Shown here piece after piece: positions 37,109 through 50,418 of a stretch of 64,000 nt of DNA. A model generated the notes under the pieces. The model searched no databases and was not told the origin of the DNA. It saw nothing but the letters and a program-made list of their open reading frames with translations. The DNA is from Pseudovirgaria hyperparasitica (taxonomy: Eukaryota), in assembly GCA_010093815.1 (NCBI GenBank), contig ML996573.1. One strand, given 5' to 3'. A program made the position numbers and the translations under genes. Each line of letters starts with the position of its first letter. Within the stretch, counting starts at the first letter, position 1.

Positions 37109-38669
37109 TCACAAAACCATCTTGAACTCCGGATCCCTATCATCCCCACTTCCCTCAAACTCTGCATATCTGCCCCTCCTCTTATCCCTATTAATCTTCG
37201 CACACCACGCCACGTTCGCCGCAACTAATAGCCAACTCGCACACAGTAACCCAAGGATAATCTCGTGACTCCTCGTAAAAGTCGGCTTCTCCTTCCCAGG
37301 ATAAATAAAACTCGCAACAAACCCACCTGCATTCGCAACCGCCAACTGCAGTCCACTCGTCGTTGCCCTCTTGTAATGTCCCGCGCTGTTATTGCTGTTC
37401 CATACCAACACACATGGCACACTGCTATACAGGCCCGTGGCCATGAGGAACGTCATGCCGTATTGCACCTTGGCGTTTGTACTACGGCTGATAACACCAT
37501 AGCCAATGATCGCGATGGGAAGGGTGAAGAGCATAATCACGCCGCGGAGACGTAGACGATCCGAAAGTAGCGCAGTACACACAGTGAAGAATGCAGCGAC
37601 AGCATATGGAATGACAGACCAGAGTTGTGCTGCGTTGGCGTCGTGCACAAAGGATAGCGAGTTGATGATGGTGGGGAGGAACAGTCCGAAACTGTACAGC
37701 CCTGAGAGAATTGCAAAGTAACTGCTCGCGCTGAGCCAGACTTGTACATTGAGAATGCCACGTCGAACTTCAGACCATGCAAAGTGCTCTGTGGCGTGTG
37801 CGCTGCTGTGTAAACGAGAAAGCGCAAGGTCTTTTTGCGCAGGACTCAGGAACCGTGCAGAGGAGATGCTGTTGGGAAGGAATATGGAGCAGATAAGACC
37901 ACATGCCACAGTGAGCAGGCCCTCAATGACCAATACCCAGCGCCAACCTTCGAGCCCGCCAGCTGGTCCGATTGCTGAAAGACCGCGTGCAAGGAGGCCA
38001 CCGAAAGCGCCAGAGAGGCTGGCAGCGGTGTAGAAGATGCCGATCCTCACTGCCAGCTCAGTGCGGGTGTAGAAGGCTGTAAGGTACAAGATCATGCCGG
38101 GAAGTAAACCGCCTTCAACAAACCCGAGTAGAGCGCGTACAGCGACGAAAGACGCGAAGTTGGTTGTGAAACCCAAACACATTGTAAGTGTGCCCCATAC
38201 AGCAGTAAGAAGGGGTAGCCAGATACGCGGGGAAATTGTGCGGAGAAGTAAGTTGGACGGGATTTCAGATAGAATGTATGTGGCGTAGAAGGCACAGAGA
38301 CCGATAGCAAATTGGTGGTCAGTGATACGGAGGGAGGCTTGGAGACCCTATATAAGATATTAGCTGATCACTCCATGTGAACAGACGTCTCGGTGGCGTA
38401 CGAGAATCTTGACGTTCCCGACATTGGTTCGGTCGATGAAGGAGCAGAGGAAGAGAAGAGCGAGAATGGGGAGAATTCTGGTTGTGTTAGCATCATGTCT
38501 GAAGAAAGTTGCACGATTTTCACTATCTTACGAACCTCGAGTCCATCTTCCACAGCAGCCTCTTGGTCAATCTCTGCTCTTCAGCAGTAGATATCAGCCC
38601 TTCATCATAAATGTCACTTTTGGCATTCTCGACGCGTTCGTCGGCCATGGGCTTCATCGTCTCGTCCAT
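37109..38669 (-). CDS. MFS transporter, anion:cation symporter (DAL5/TNA1-like) family, 3 exons
   Basis: LLWKMD..ILPILALLFLCSFIDRTNVGN, EIPSNLLL, RALLGFVEGG, GLEGWRW..IEG, GHYKRAT. Introns ~38535-38479 and ~38402-38348. Confidence 0.93.
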
Positions 38670-39343
38670 GCTCTTCCGATCGGACCGTGGCAGTTAGAGG
38701 AAAGACTCAACAAAACAATACGGTGCTTCCTCAACCTTCCTGAGGTAGGTCTTATCGCGTAGCCCCGCAATTTACGAGTCAGACCGGCAAACAATGTGAC
38801 GATGTACGGCAAGCAGGTAGAGAGAAGAGGGCGACCATGGCGAGTCTGGGGATGCACGGTATATAATTCAATGTCCGGAGCGCCAGGAAATGTGATTGCT
38901 CACGGACCCCACGCCCTTACTCAGCCGGCAGTCTTCAATGGTCCCCGCAAGGGAGATCCAACCTGTATGGCGTTCCGAACGCGACATAGACGTGTAGGAC
39001 GGGCCTCACACAAATTTTATAAGAATGTCCCATTGGGATCTGAGGCTTGTTGTGTACCCCATGGTTTGCACTCCACAGCCAAGCGTTCAAAACCGTGTTG
39101 CCCAGTCTTCACAGTGGAGATGGAACGTCTGGGCAAAAGGCTTGAGCTTAGGAAAATCTGGGGTAGAGCGGCGCGGATTCGGGTCGGACCCAGAAGTAGC
39201 TGCCGAGCCGCCAATTCTTCCCGGGCCTCGTCATTCAGGCAGGCCTCAAATTCAAAGTCTCCTCGAATCTGGTTAAACTCCCTGCGATACTGTCTTCCAC
39301 GTCTCTTCCCTAGCAACCAACATATCAAGGCTGGCCATCCATC

Positions 39344-40238
39344 ATGTCGAAGCTTTCCAACAGCCTCAAACAGCTCATCAATGCCCCATTCGCACGTCCA
39401 AATACCACTCCCGCACCTCAAGACATCGGCGCGCTATACAATTCCATCGGCAAGCATGCAACTTCAAAGAAGGTCCCACCGGCGACATGGCTCACGCTGA
39501 CCGGATGTACTCTCCCGTCCGTATATCGCCCTCAGCACTGACGCCAGTACGTAGACAGCGGCAACATTTACCCTCAATTCCCCGGCCTCCCTCACGACCC
39601 TGTACAACACATACACCTCTCACCATAAAAGGGAGCGCATCTCCGCAGCCGAACTCATGCGGGAAGTCGGGCTCAAATGTATTGGCCTCAATGGCGTGCC
39701 GCGCACGATCAATTGCCTGAACGCTTTCCATCCCAATCTACCCGAAGACGTGAAGGCAGGACTCACAAGAACACCCTCGCGAACGCCAAGCGCAGATAAC
39801 ATTGAAGCCACAAAACGCCGCGGCCGTGCCTTATGGGATAGTATATACCGGCCATTCGAGGGCAAGTTGATTGATAAATTGGCATCCACACACCCTGATC
39901 TGCCTGTGCATATCGTAAATAGCGAGTATGGACTGCTGTTCAGCGACCCACCAAGAGACGATGTACCCGGTAGAGGAGTGGGAAGAATAGGAATGAGTGT
40001 TGTTGCGGTGGCGTGTTTGCGCGCACAGACAGGCGTCGGACCGCAGGTGCTGAGCCATATCTACGGGCTGAGAAAGAGTTTGGACGACGGAAGCTGGGAT
40101 GACGGAACTGTGAGCGAGGAGGGGGCGAGGTGGCTAGCGAGTGACGAGGGTGGAGAATGGATGTTAGGGAGCGTAGATGCGATTGTGGAGAAGGTCTCGA
40201 GCGGAGAGGGAGGAACATTTGCAAAAGCGAAGCTGTAG
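39344..40238 (+). CDS. Conserved fungal AhpD/CMD-like protein, 2 exons
   Basis: MSKLSNSLKQLINAPFARP...WLTLT | ...ELMREVGLKCIGLNGVPRTIN...RGRALWDSIY...SHIYGL. A 52-nt intron near 39503-39558 has an unusual donor (see findings). Confidence 0.8.
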
Positions 40239-40951
40239 GTGCCGTGAGCAGAAGAAGTTGTAAATATAAATAGACGTAAAGGGAGAGATATGACTATAGA
40301 ATCGTCTATATACTGCATTTACGCTGGACGTCAGCAATCCATCAAACTGAACACATTCTCTCTTCTCATCCGACTCCGTCAACAACACCGCGTAGCGCAA
40401 CCACTTATGACAACCAAACAATCTTGCAAACCTACCTCGACTAACCAGGCCTTGATAGCGTCGGCGCTTCTGTTCCGGCATTTCCGGCTCTCGCAAGCCA
40501 CCATTTGCGGCCCAGTTCCGATCCATGAAACCCAATGACCTTCAAAATACAAGCACTTACAACGCTCCCTAGCACTCTTCATTACTTACCAGCATTTCTC
40601 CCCTCCTGGAGTGACCTCCTAAGCTTCAGATTCCGACCCCGATCTCGCATCGCAGCCCCAAATACCGTATCCATCACGCCAATCAGAAGCGAGCGTGGCG
40701 CGAACCCAACCAACTGTTGGCGGCTCATAACCCGTGAATCAGGCACAAAGTCCGAGGAAGGTAAGTGTATATAGAAAGGTGCGCCCAAGATAGAGGTCAG
40801 GTGGTTCCAATGTCAGATAGTAATACCATCAAGTATCGAGTCTCAGAAACAGCTCGTGGTTTTGTTTACCTTTCATTTGAATGGGCTTTGAGGAGTGTTT
40901 GCATTATACTACACCACATTCATACAATACAACTTCTTTCCTCCATCGAAA

Positions 40952-41905
40952 ATGGCATCAATCAACACCTTCCGCACATACATCACTACACGCAACACCG
41001 CGATTCTCGCATCCATTCTCGCATCTTCAGTTGCTACATATCGCCTAACCCGTAGACCTGTCATGGCCGATGCACCAACATCAGCGCGCCATTTCGCAAC
41101 AGCGTCAACAGCGACTCCCAACACGACGAAGCCGCCCGAGAAAGCATTTGGCATTCTCCCACAAACCCTCACCCTGCACTCCACAACCCTCGTAAACGAC
41201 GATACCGCACTCCTGACTTTCTCCCTCCCGCAAGGCTCATCAGGATCACCTCAAGTTTCAGGTCTCCCTTTGACATCGACCCTTCTGTCCCTAACATGGC
41301 CAAGCGGCTCCTGGACGCCCATTGTGCGCCCATATACTCCCGTCTCGTCTTCCTCGACCCCTGGCGAGATACAATTTCTCATCAAAAAGTACCCTGGCGG
41401 AAAGGTGAGTTCGCATATGCATTCCTTGAAGCCAGGAGATACAGTGCGCTTCGTGGCCGTTCCGGGCGCGAAACATGTGCCCTCGACGAATGAGATGAAA
41501 CCAGCGCGCGTCTCAATGATCGCAGGCGGTGCAGGCATAACTCCCATGCTGCAACTCATCCGCGGGATATTGGGCAATCCAGATGATTATACGCGGATTC
41601 GACTTTTATGGGGTGTGAATACACCCTCGGATGCGTATCTAATGGATGAGTTCGCGGCGCTGAAATTGAGGTTCCCGGGAAGATTTGATGTGCGGTATGT
41701 GGTTAGTAAGGCAGACGAAGTCCAATCTCAAACGGAAAAGGGTCGGATTGATGGCGCGCTACTGGCCAAGTTGAGGTGGGCGCCGAAATGCAGTGAGGAG
41801 AAGGTGTATGTGTGCGGGCCGCCGGGAATGGAGGAGAGCTTGGTGGGGAAACAAGGAGTTCTAATTGAGATGGGTTATAGGAAAGGGCAGGTTGTGAAAT
41901 TTTGA
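40952..41905 (+). CDS. NADH-cytochrome b5 reductase (MCR1-like), intronless
   Basis: RPYTP, KKYPGGKVS, MIAGGAGITP, CGPPGM, C-terminal KF. The N-terminus looks like a mitochondrial targeting sequence. ATG at 40952. Confidence 0.92.
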   Translation: MASINTFRTYITTRNTAILASILASSVATYRLTRRPVMADAPTSARHFATASTATPNTTKPPEKAFGILPQTLTLHSTTLVNDDTALLTFSLPQGSSGSPQVSGLPLTSTLLSLTWPSGSWTPIVRPYTPVSSSSTPGEIQFLIKKYPGGKVSSHMHSLKPGDTVRFVAVPGAKHVPSTNEMKPARVSMIAGGAGITPMLQLIRGILGNPDDYTRIRLLWGVNTPSDAYLMDEFAALKLRFPGRFDVRYVVSKADEVQSQTEKGRIDGALLAKLRWAPKCSEEKVYVCGPPGMEESLVGKQGVLIEMGYRKGQVVKF

Positions 41906-42232
41906 ATTGGGTGGTCTGCGCTTTGGAGGAAGCGTAAAGTACTGGATGAATGTCTGTGGTGCATTAAGCGGCGTTCGCAAGGCTGCGTTTCTTGATTCGA
42001 TTTTCAATAGCAGGTTGCTTTCTAGGCTTCAAATGGTGTATCTAAAGAGGTGGCCTTGTCTGGAGCATCGTGGATCTTCCAACAACTGTTATGCCATTGC
42101 CAATCCTCGCAGCTGAGTAGATGAAGGTCGTCGAGTTTCAGGAGTGGAGTAGGTCCGAACTGACCTCTGCGTAAGCAGATCCGCGACTACCGGACTGCGT
42201 TCAGTACGACGAAACATCGACCTGCGACTGTC

Positions 42233-44403
42233 TCAGCTGAACGAAAAGCCAAACTCATCGCCCCGCTGGATGTTTCCAAGGAAGTTGTCCCAGGTTGCCC
42301 ATGCTGCAGTGTCCACGTCACTGGCAGTTGTCGCCGACATCAAATCAAGCTCAGAGTCCAGACTAGGCCAATACTGATTTCCATCAAAACCAGCCCAGAA
42401 GGTCGGATCGCTGTGGCTGCTCTGTGGAGATCGATGCGTAAGATTGATATTTGCAGTCTGTGGCGAGGGCTGTTGGGAGTTTTGAGATCTCGCAGGCGAT
42501 GGTATAGCGTTCGGCATGGGCATAGCAATAGATGATGTAGGCATGGCGCTGTTGGACATGACTGACTGATATCTGGCTTTTGCTTGCTCCATCAAATTTT
42601 CCATCGGACCCCAGAGTGTTGAATGGCTGTCAACAACTTTGTCGCTGAGTCGAGAGAAGGCAGCATTTATCGGCTTCCAGCAACTCTTGACCAACTGCGG
42701 GTCTTCACAAACGGAAAGCTCGGAAAGTGCGACTGCAAGGTCATGCCATGGTGCCCAAAGATTGGCAAACCATATCCAGGGGTCATTGCGCCGATCGTCG
42801 GATACCTCCTTGTCTTTTATCAAAGATGTCACTGCCAGCCGAAGAAGATGTGAGCCTTTGACATTTGGAGGTTGCTCGATCGGCTGAGGGCGCAATGGCC
42901 GAACCGCATTCAGCTGCATAGATGCCACGAGACCTTCGAACATTTGCTTGATATGCCATCGTATCTGTTCAGTGTCTTTATCGACCTTGTGCCATTGAAC
43001 AAGGTTTTGGATGTCCAGACGAAAATCTTCAACCAGTCGGTGCCTGGCGTACCAATCGGTTACTGTTTGGCTGTGTCCTAGACGAGGGGGAAAGTTCAAT
43101 ATACGTCCAACACCTTGAGCTTTGCTACCAACAAGAGAAAGAGTCATATCAGTGTAGTCAGTGGACTCGATCAAGGGACCCTCCGAATCAACAGAAAAGT
43201 CGACGTCGTTTATATTCAGTGGGAGGGCAGTCGCTTGCAGCCACTCGTTGGTTATCATGGGGTCAGCCCCACGCTAGATTCGACATCAATCAAGGCGTTT
43301 CGATGTGCTGAAGAAGTAGACACTAACCTCCATGGCGGCCTGGATATCAAGAAGTCCGATAGCCCACCACACACGTTTCGCCATTTCACGGTCATAAGGA
43401 CGCATAAGATGTACGGATGGGTTATCAACATGGATGTTCAAAGACTGTGCGAGTCGCACAGCTAGCGAAAGCAAAGTCCAGACACGACGTGAACGATCGT
43501 AAGAGCGAGTTGCGACCTGAGGCATTAGGTCAGCCCGTCTTCCGTGGTATGCGAATCACTTACTAGATAAAGAACGAACGCTTGCAACACAGTCAAGTCT
43601 TCAGTAACGACAAAATCGGCTCTCGATAACGCTGCTTCAACGGCAAGTCGATATCGCTTAATGACAACATTCTTGGCCTGGCCAAACGTCTGCATTGCTT
43701 GCTCAGCCGTCAAGCTTGCTACAGCCGCGTGATAGATCGCATAGTCAAGTGCCTCGACAGCGGGGCTATCAGGAGGATAGTTTAGGTACAACCCTCCCTT
43801 GATCAAGTGAGCCGCAACCGACGGCCGGTGTAAGACCTTGAAAACCGGATCGACGTTGGATATGAAAGTTTCGCAAAGGTTCTGGTGTAGCCACGGCACG
43901 GCGGCATGCTCGACCTCATCAAGGAAAGATTGAGGAGTGGGGATAGAGTCTGAAAAGGTGAATGGCGAGCCTCCTATTGTGTGAGAAGGGGTTGAGGTTG
44001 AGGTTTTCGGATGAGGCAAAGCATCACCCCAGGTGGCTGATGGATTGAGTGGGAACCCGCGATGGCCTTCAGTAAAGCTTCCTGGCCGCGACTCAGGAGT
44101 GGAAGAGGGTTCGCCCTCTTCGTCAGCATTCGAAGGCGACTTTGTCTGCGCCAGGTTGTTGCTCTGCTGTAGCACCAGGGATTCTAAGCGTGCGAGTCGA
44201 TCTCGAACATCAGCATCGTTGCTCGGCTCCGACCGTCGATTCAAATGTCTCCCTCGTGGGAGTCTCTGTCGCTCCACTGGCACGCAGGTTACTCCGGAGC
44301 GATCGCAATTCGTACACGGCACTTTCTTGTCGCATTTGACCTTGCGTCTGGTGCATGCTTCGCAGGTCAGTCGCGGCTTGGACACACCACCACCTTTGTG
44401 CAT
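42233..44403 (-). CDS. Zn(II)2Cys6 transcription factor with fungal middle homology region, 3 exons
   Basis: CEACTRRKVKCDKKVPCTNCDRSGVTC; FISNVDPVFKVLH; LQAFVLYL | ...AVRLAQSL...KRVWW. Introns 43563-43517 and 43327-43274. Confidence 0.93.
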
Positions 44404-45200
44404 CCTAAGTGGGTACTGTTGAGTGATAAAATGGACTTGTTGGGTGGAGAGGTCAACTAGGCTTCGTGTTAGAATTGATAGGTAGCCCCGCCGAGAGTAT
44501 GTAGCGCACAGATTATTAGGATTTCGTGATCAGCCGTTGGTGTTGAGGTCTGATGTCTGACTCTCAGGCACAAAAATGAGCTAGACCAAAGTGAACTGGA
44601 TGCTGACAGTTCGACCAATGAATGGATGTCAATGGCGCCGTTGGAGTTGGGGGCCACATACGAGGCCTGAAGATCATCTAGACCTCTAGCTCAACAGGTC
44701 GCACTGGAAAGGTACAGGTCGTGAATTATGTTGAAATCCGAAGGAGTAGATAGCGGTGATATGGTATTGAACGCCAACCTGGGTTTATAGCAGTTTTATC
44801 AAGGTCTTTGATCGCGCTACCGGCCAGAACAAGTCGTGACGCATCCATCCGTTAGAAGCTTGGTCAAGCTCTTCATGCGCAAAGGTTTCGTGCGCCGGTG
44901 CGCATCGGCAGCCGATCCCGATGCTCAACGGACTTGTATAGGTGGTAGCATAGACAGGGATAACCTCGTGCATCAACTGAGAAATAGCTTTCTCTCATTG
45001 ATAATTCACTCAAGTGAAATAGCAGTTGCCTATTGCTACTTTTCTTATCTGATGCACCTTTGCAGTGCGCAGTGTATGGCACTTTCACGTGATCCGGACA
45101 CGCCTATGAATATCTCTGTTGTCAAGGTTGACGCCATGCTGACGCTTCAGTATACAATATTCGCTATAGATCATGATTACTACTTATTAAAAGGCTTTTC

Positions 45201-47326
45201 CTATGATAGCCAAGAAATTACAGCGTCTCTCCACGACGACTTACAACCAGGCGCCTGAAGCTTCCTGAAGCTCTCGACGGGGCGTTGATCAGTAATCATT
45301 TTCTCAGTAAACCAGTTACCATGTAGTCCGTATGGTACCCGCTGAGGTAGGCGTACCTTTGCAACGATGTCCTTCATGTCGGTCGCATCGAGGACCCAGA
45401 GCTCTGAGACGGCTTTGTCGGGGCAATTCCCTTCATCGTCTAGTTGTGATTCGTCGAAAGCGTAAAAAAGGAGGTAACCATCGTCTTCTTTGCCTGTAAA
45501 CCACTTCGATCCTTCGCGTCTGGCTACGAACGTGGCTTCTTGTGCAAACCATCCCGGGGGCATTCGGAAAGCCTTGATAGGATCTTGTGCATTGCTGCTG
45601 GCCAGGATTTCGTCTATATTCCTTTCATCGACGCATCCGCCGTCAGATATATCATGCTGCTCTGCAGTCTTTATGAGATTCTGCACGTCCATCTTGAGTA
45701 ATACGTCAATCTTCGTGGCTTTGCCAAGTGCCGCCCCAAATGACGACGTATACGTGCTGCAGCCGTAAATGTATTGTGCCTTTAACATAGAATACTCATT
45801 GTTCAGAGTAGGAAACTCGAACGGCAGTGTAGATAGAGCAAACTGTCTGCTGATTGAACTCTTCAAACTGCTTAGCGAGAATGTGTATAGGTATAAACGA
45901 CATTGTTCGCTGGGTAAGTTCTCTCTTGCTGTTTTCTCTATATCCCAGTTGAGTGTCGATGGGGTGAGGTGATGCAGTAGGGGCGATGATTCATCCTCAT
46001 CTTCGTCTGCGCGATATATTTTCTCATTCTCATATGCCGCGAAGAATGAGATGGGTCGTCGAGGATCTTCCGCATGCCGACTACCAGGGGGTGGAGGGGC
46101 TGCAATGTTCCCAGCGTTGAATACGAGGGTCGCTGATGTAAGCCGACATGCCAGCATGTTCAGCTCCACGACATCACCATTACCATCTGAGCCGCATACG
46201 TCCCACGTATTCGCGGTGTGAAAAATGCAGCAGGCATCGGTTTCAAACCACTGCACTTTTGCTGGATCTCGACGAGGAAATACTCCGAAGCGCGAAGGCT
46301 TCTTGGCGTCATACGAAACAACAGGTCGATTCTTCATAAGATTAAATGGATCTAATGATAGCGGAAGGTCCAGGATTACGGTATGTGTCCTAGAAGCACC
46401 GAAATCATGCATCATTTTGCCCCCGGACACGCCAGGAACGGGTATGTTGACCGACTTCGAGAGTCCGACTGGAGAAGAAACACCGTGTGAAGATGGAAGA
46501 ATTGAATAATGAACGTAGGGTTGGATGAAAGTGCAGTGGAAGAGAAGCATCTCCTTTGAGACAGGATCGACTTTTGGATGTCCGGTAGTCCATTCCTTCA
46601 TGAATCCGACTAAGCCTGGGCCGCCAAGGACTTCGGCTGTTGATTGGTGCTGAGAAGATTCACCTTCTGCAAACTCGCCGTTGAACCATCCTACTGTGTC
46701 CAGGTCCGGGAGTTGTACACGCATAGGCGGGCCACTCTCGCAGGTAGCCAGAGCACGGCCATCATGGTACAGGATGGAGGTGTTTGCTACACTAATCCTC
46801 TTGATCGCTTGTTTTGAGCCAGGTAGACCTGCTAGTATCGCTAGGAACACTGTTCGGAGTATGCGAAGTATTATATAGACCAGTGATGAGGCAGGATTGA
46901 CAAGTGTTGTTATACTGGGCAGTATTGGTGTGCGCAACGTCGGGCTAGAGCTCGCAGATATGTTGACGTCTGTCAGAATGTATTGATTGACGAAGGATGG
47001 TTGTATTGATCCATCTCTTGTAGATTTCTCAAAGAGCACTCCTGCTAGCATGCCATCGCCGTCAAACCAATGAGCATCACGACCCAGTTGCTGGTTTGAG
47101 ATGGGATTGCCTCCATTACGAAGATACTGTCCACCCGCGAGGTCGTCTGGTATTTGTCCGGAGTACGAGCATGGAGTGAGGGGTCGCGTATGATGTATCG
47201 GTGCGAAATTGCCGCTCAGATATCTGGTGTGATGATTAGTGTTGTCGTAGATGTAATGGCGCATTCGTTGCACACTCACGGATGCTTGTGTTGACGCTTC
47301 CTCTTCTGCCCGGTCAAAGGCATCAT
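45201..47326 (-). CDS. carX: Carotenoid cleavage oxygenase (retinal-forming CarX type), 2 exons
   Basis: Exon 1 MMPLTGQKRKRQHKHP, intron 47279-47224, then YLSGNFAP...RNGGNP...HWFDGDGM. Four Fe-ligand His motifs: GHPK, MMHDF, IFHTAN, YGLHG. Divergent from carRA. Confidence 0.93.
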
Positions 47327-47569
47327 GGAATATCGCAGAGCAGGACACGGCGATCACGAACACATTCAGCTGGATTGAGATCAATGAAGCTGAGAATGAT
47401 GGAAGCTAGAGAGTGGGACGACCGGACCCGCTAGGGTAACACATGGTGGTTTGGAGGGAAGCATAGGTAATTAGGTGCTGCCCGTAGAAGGATGGACCGT
47501 TAAGCTGTCATGACGTCGGCCCCACCAATTGCGACGGCGAAAGAGACTTGAGGAGAGGAGGGAGCCAAG

Positions 47570-47625
47570 AGATTCCGATGCGATGGAGCTCGAAAGCTCG
47601 ATGATGGCGATGCAGATGCATGATG
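47570..47625. promoter_or_regulatory. Cluster of GATN motifs in the carX/carRA divergent promoter (candidate light-response element)
   Basis: GATTCCGATGCGATGGAGCTCGAAAGCTCGATGATGGCGATGCAGATGCATGATGG: 8 GATN in ~56 bp, resembling White Collar complex sites. Confidence 0.4.
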
Positions 47626-48147
47626 GAGACGCCTGGACTAGCTAGACACTTTCAGACCGGGGGGAGAAAACAGCTGGACAATGTGGGCTGGATTGAATGC
47701 TGCCAGGGATTACTGACTGCATTCACGCAGTGGTGTCGTCATGCCGTCAAACACCAGTCCAGGATCCATCAGAATGGCGCTCGGCCTCGGCTAGAGCTGC
47801 TGACTGACTCAGGTACGTACGCGTAACCTTGACCGCGGTCTTTTCGCCTTGTCGCCTTGTTGCCTCGTTGCCTACTCCTCCTCCTCAGACCTCACCTCTC
47901 TTCCCGCTGTTTCCCTTACCAGTTCGCTTCCCTCTCTCCGTCTCTCCTTTTCTACTTACTTTGCTTTTGCAGCCTTGTCGCCAGTCGCCGGTCCATTATG
48001 CTTGTTCCACAGTCTGCTCATTCGCTGTCGTGACTTGTGTACATATCCAAGAAAGAAGGTGGTCACTCTCACTTGGATTACGCTGGTTACCTCCACATGC
48101 AACTTGGGGAAGTAGATTTTTAGCGCGTAGGGACTATCTCCGGAACC

Positions 48148-50189
48148 ATGGGCTGGGATTATGCCTTTGTGTATGTGTATCCACCCTCTACCAGGCTCAT
48201 ATCACGTTACTTATATTTGATAGACATCTCAAGTACAATTTCCCTCCTGCAATCGCTTTGACGCTGCTCTATAGACCATTGCTAACAGCAACGGATGTCT
48301 ACAAGCTTCTGTTCCTTATTACTGTAAGCCTTCTTCTCTATCCATCAGCTATGCTGTGCTGACGTAGAAGATTGCCGTCGTAGCGACGATACCATGGGAC
48401 TCGTACTTAATTCGTAGCAACGTTTGGACGTATACAGACGATGCTGTAATAGGCTGGAAACTGTTTGACATTCCCGTCGAAGAAGTATTCTTTTTTGTCA
48501 TTCAGACGTACAATACATCTTTCCTATATTTCATACTTAGCAAGCCCACCTTTCATTCGGTTTATCTGCGCACGGACTTGGACAGAAGCCACAGCAATGA
48601 ACTATCAATAACTTCTAGGCGTACGATTGGCCAGGTATTCCTAGCAGTCGTCATATATGCTGGGTTCCATATGCTCAGTCATGGTGGGACATCAACATAC
48701 ATGGGCTTGATATTGTCCTGGGCTGGACCTTTCATGCTTCTCCTTTGGTAGGGACTGGAACACGTTCGGTACCTAGGACAGTGCTGACATCACAGCAGGA
48801 CTCTTGCATACCAGATGATATTAAACTTGCCCATCACCAATACCCTAATACCAATTGGCTTACCTACCTTCTACCTATGGATGGTTGATACCTTCTCACT
48901 CAAGAGAGGTACCTGGGTCATAAGCGCTGCTACCAAGTCGGATCTATATCTATGGAAAGGTCTTGAGCTTGAGTACGCGATGTCATATACCTGTAGCTAT
49001 TTGATGACTGACATGCACCAGAGAAGCCGTCTTCTTTCTCATCACCAATGTTATGATAGTTTTTGGACTGTTAGCGTTCGACAATGCTCTTGCTATTCTC
49101 AATACCTTTCCGACTCTCTTCCCTGATGCTCCCGGGCTCCCAGGTCCGGTAGATCTTGTCCGGGCATTGCTTGTTCCTACAAAACGATATGACCATTACC
49201 GTGTCAAGGTGCTCGAAGATGCTGTGAAGAGGCTGGAGAGGAAGAGTCGAAGTTTCTACCTCGCCAGTGCCACCTTTCAGGGACGCCTCAGGATTGATCT
49301 CATCCTACTGTGAGTAGATGTGCTTTCTATCGATCCATCGCTCTCTAACAGTATCAGGTACTCCTATTGTCGAGTTGCCGATGATCTGATTGACAATGCC
49401 AAGTCTGCAGAGGAGGCCAAGTCCTGGATACACAAGCTTCATCGATTTCTTGATATTGCGTACGCTGAGCACGGGAAAAATCAATTGGAAACTATGGTCA
49501 AGGATGAGTTTCCAGCTAGCTTACAGTTAGCACTACTGCACCTTCCAACGCAGTATCTTTCGAAGGCGCCTCTATATGAATTGCTGAAGGGATTTGAAAT
49601 GGACCTTGACTTCTTGCATCCAGGAAATCAGCTGCATCTACCGATTGGAAGTGAAACTGACTTGAGGATGTATGGATCTCGGGTTGCCGGCACAATTGCA
49701 GAGCTTTGTATTGACTTAGTCTTCCAACACTATCGCATGCTTCCGTCCGGATCACAGCAAGCCAGTATCAAAAGAGCCGGGCATCAGATGGGCATAGCTT
49801 TACAACTGGTGAACATTGCTCGCGACATCGCTGTCGACGCTCACATGGGGCGCGTCTATCTACCAAACACTTGGCTGGATGAGCTAGAGCTCACACCACA
49901 AGCTGTATTGAAGAATCCCAGGGGCATTAGAGTTGGGAAACTCCGAACCAGGCTATTGGACAAGGCTTTCGCCATTTACAAGGAGGAAATTGTCTCCATT
50001 GAACAGCTTCCGCAAGAAGTCCGTGGCCCTATGAGGACTGCAGTCGAAAGCTACATGGAGATTGGTGAAACCTTGAGGCGAGAAGGCTATGAGGTAAAGC
50101 CGGGGAAGGCCACAGTGCCCAAGCTGAAGAGAATCCGCGTTGCTTGGAATGCTATGAGTGGGCCATTGTCGCGGAATATCCGAGTCTGA
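48148..50189 (+). CDS. carRA: Bifunctional lycopene cyclase / phytoene synthase, ~6 exons
   Basis: MGWDYAFV|HLKY...PWDSYLI..VWTY...PVEEVFFF (cyclase); KSRSFYLAS, YCRVADDLID, LQLVNIARDI, GRVYLP (phytoene synthase). Ortholog of Neurospora al-2. Confidence 0.96.
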
Positions 50190-50418
50190 GGGCTGCATTT
50201 CAGAAAGCACAATAATGGCATGGTTGATATATCATATAGATTCTTACATAGAGCGACATTAGCATATTCTTTGTTTTTATTGTTCTAGCCCAATCACGTC
50301 GTTTCATCCGCCGCATCATTAGCGCCAAACCCACCAAAACGCCAAGCAACGTCATGACAGCCCTCTTCATCTCACACCTCCTTCGTTATGTAGACAACAC
50401 AGACCTGTCTCTACGGAG

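Noticed and set aside
47327..47384. ORF-track N-terminus of CarX (and the similar extensions for carO, ELP6, b5 reductase and PhzF)
   Set aside because: These are non-ATG or intron read-through starts. Better ATG or spliced starts are given in the features.
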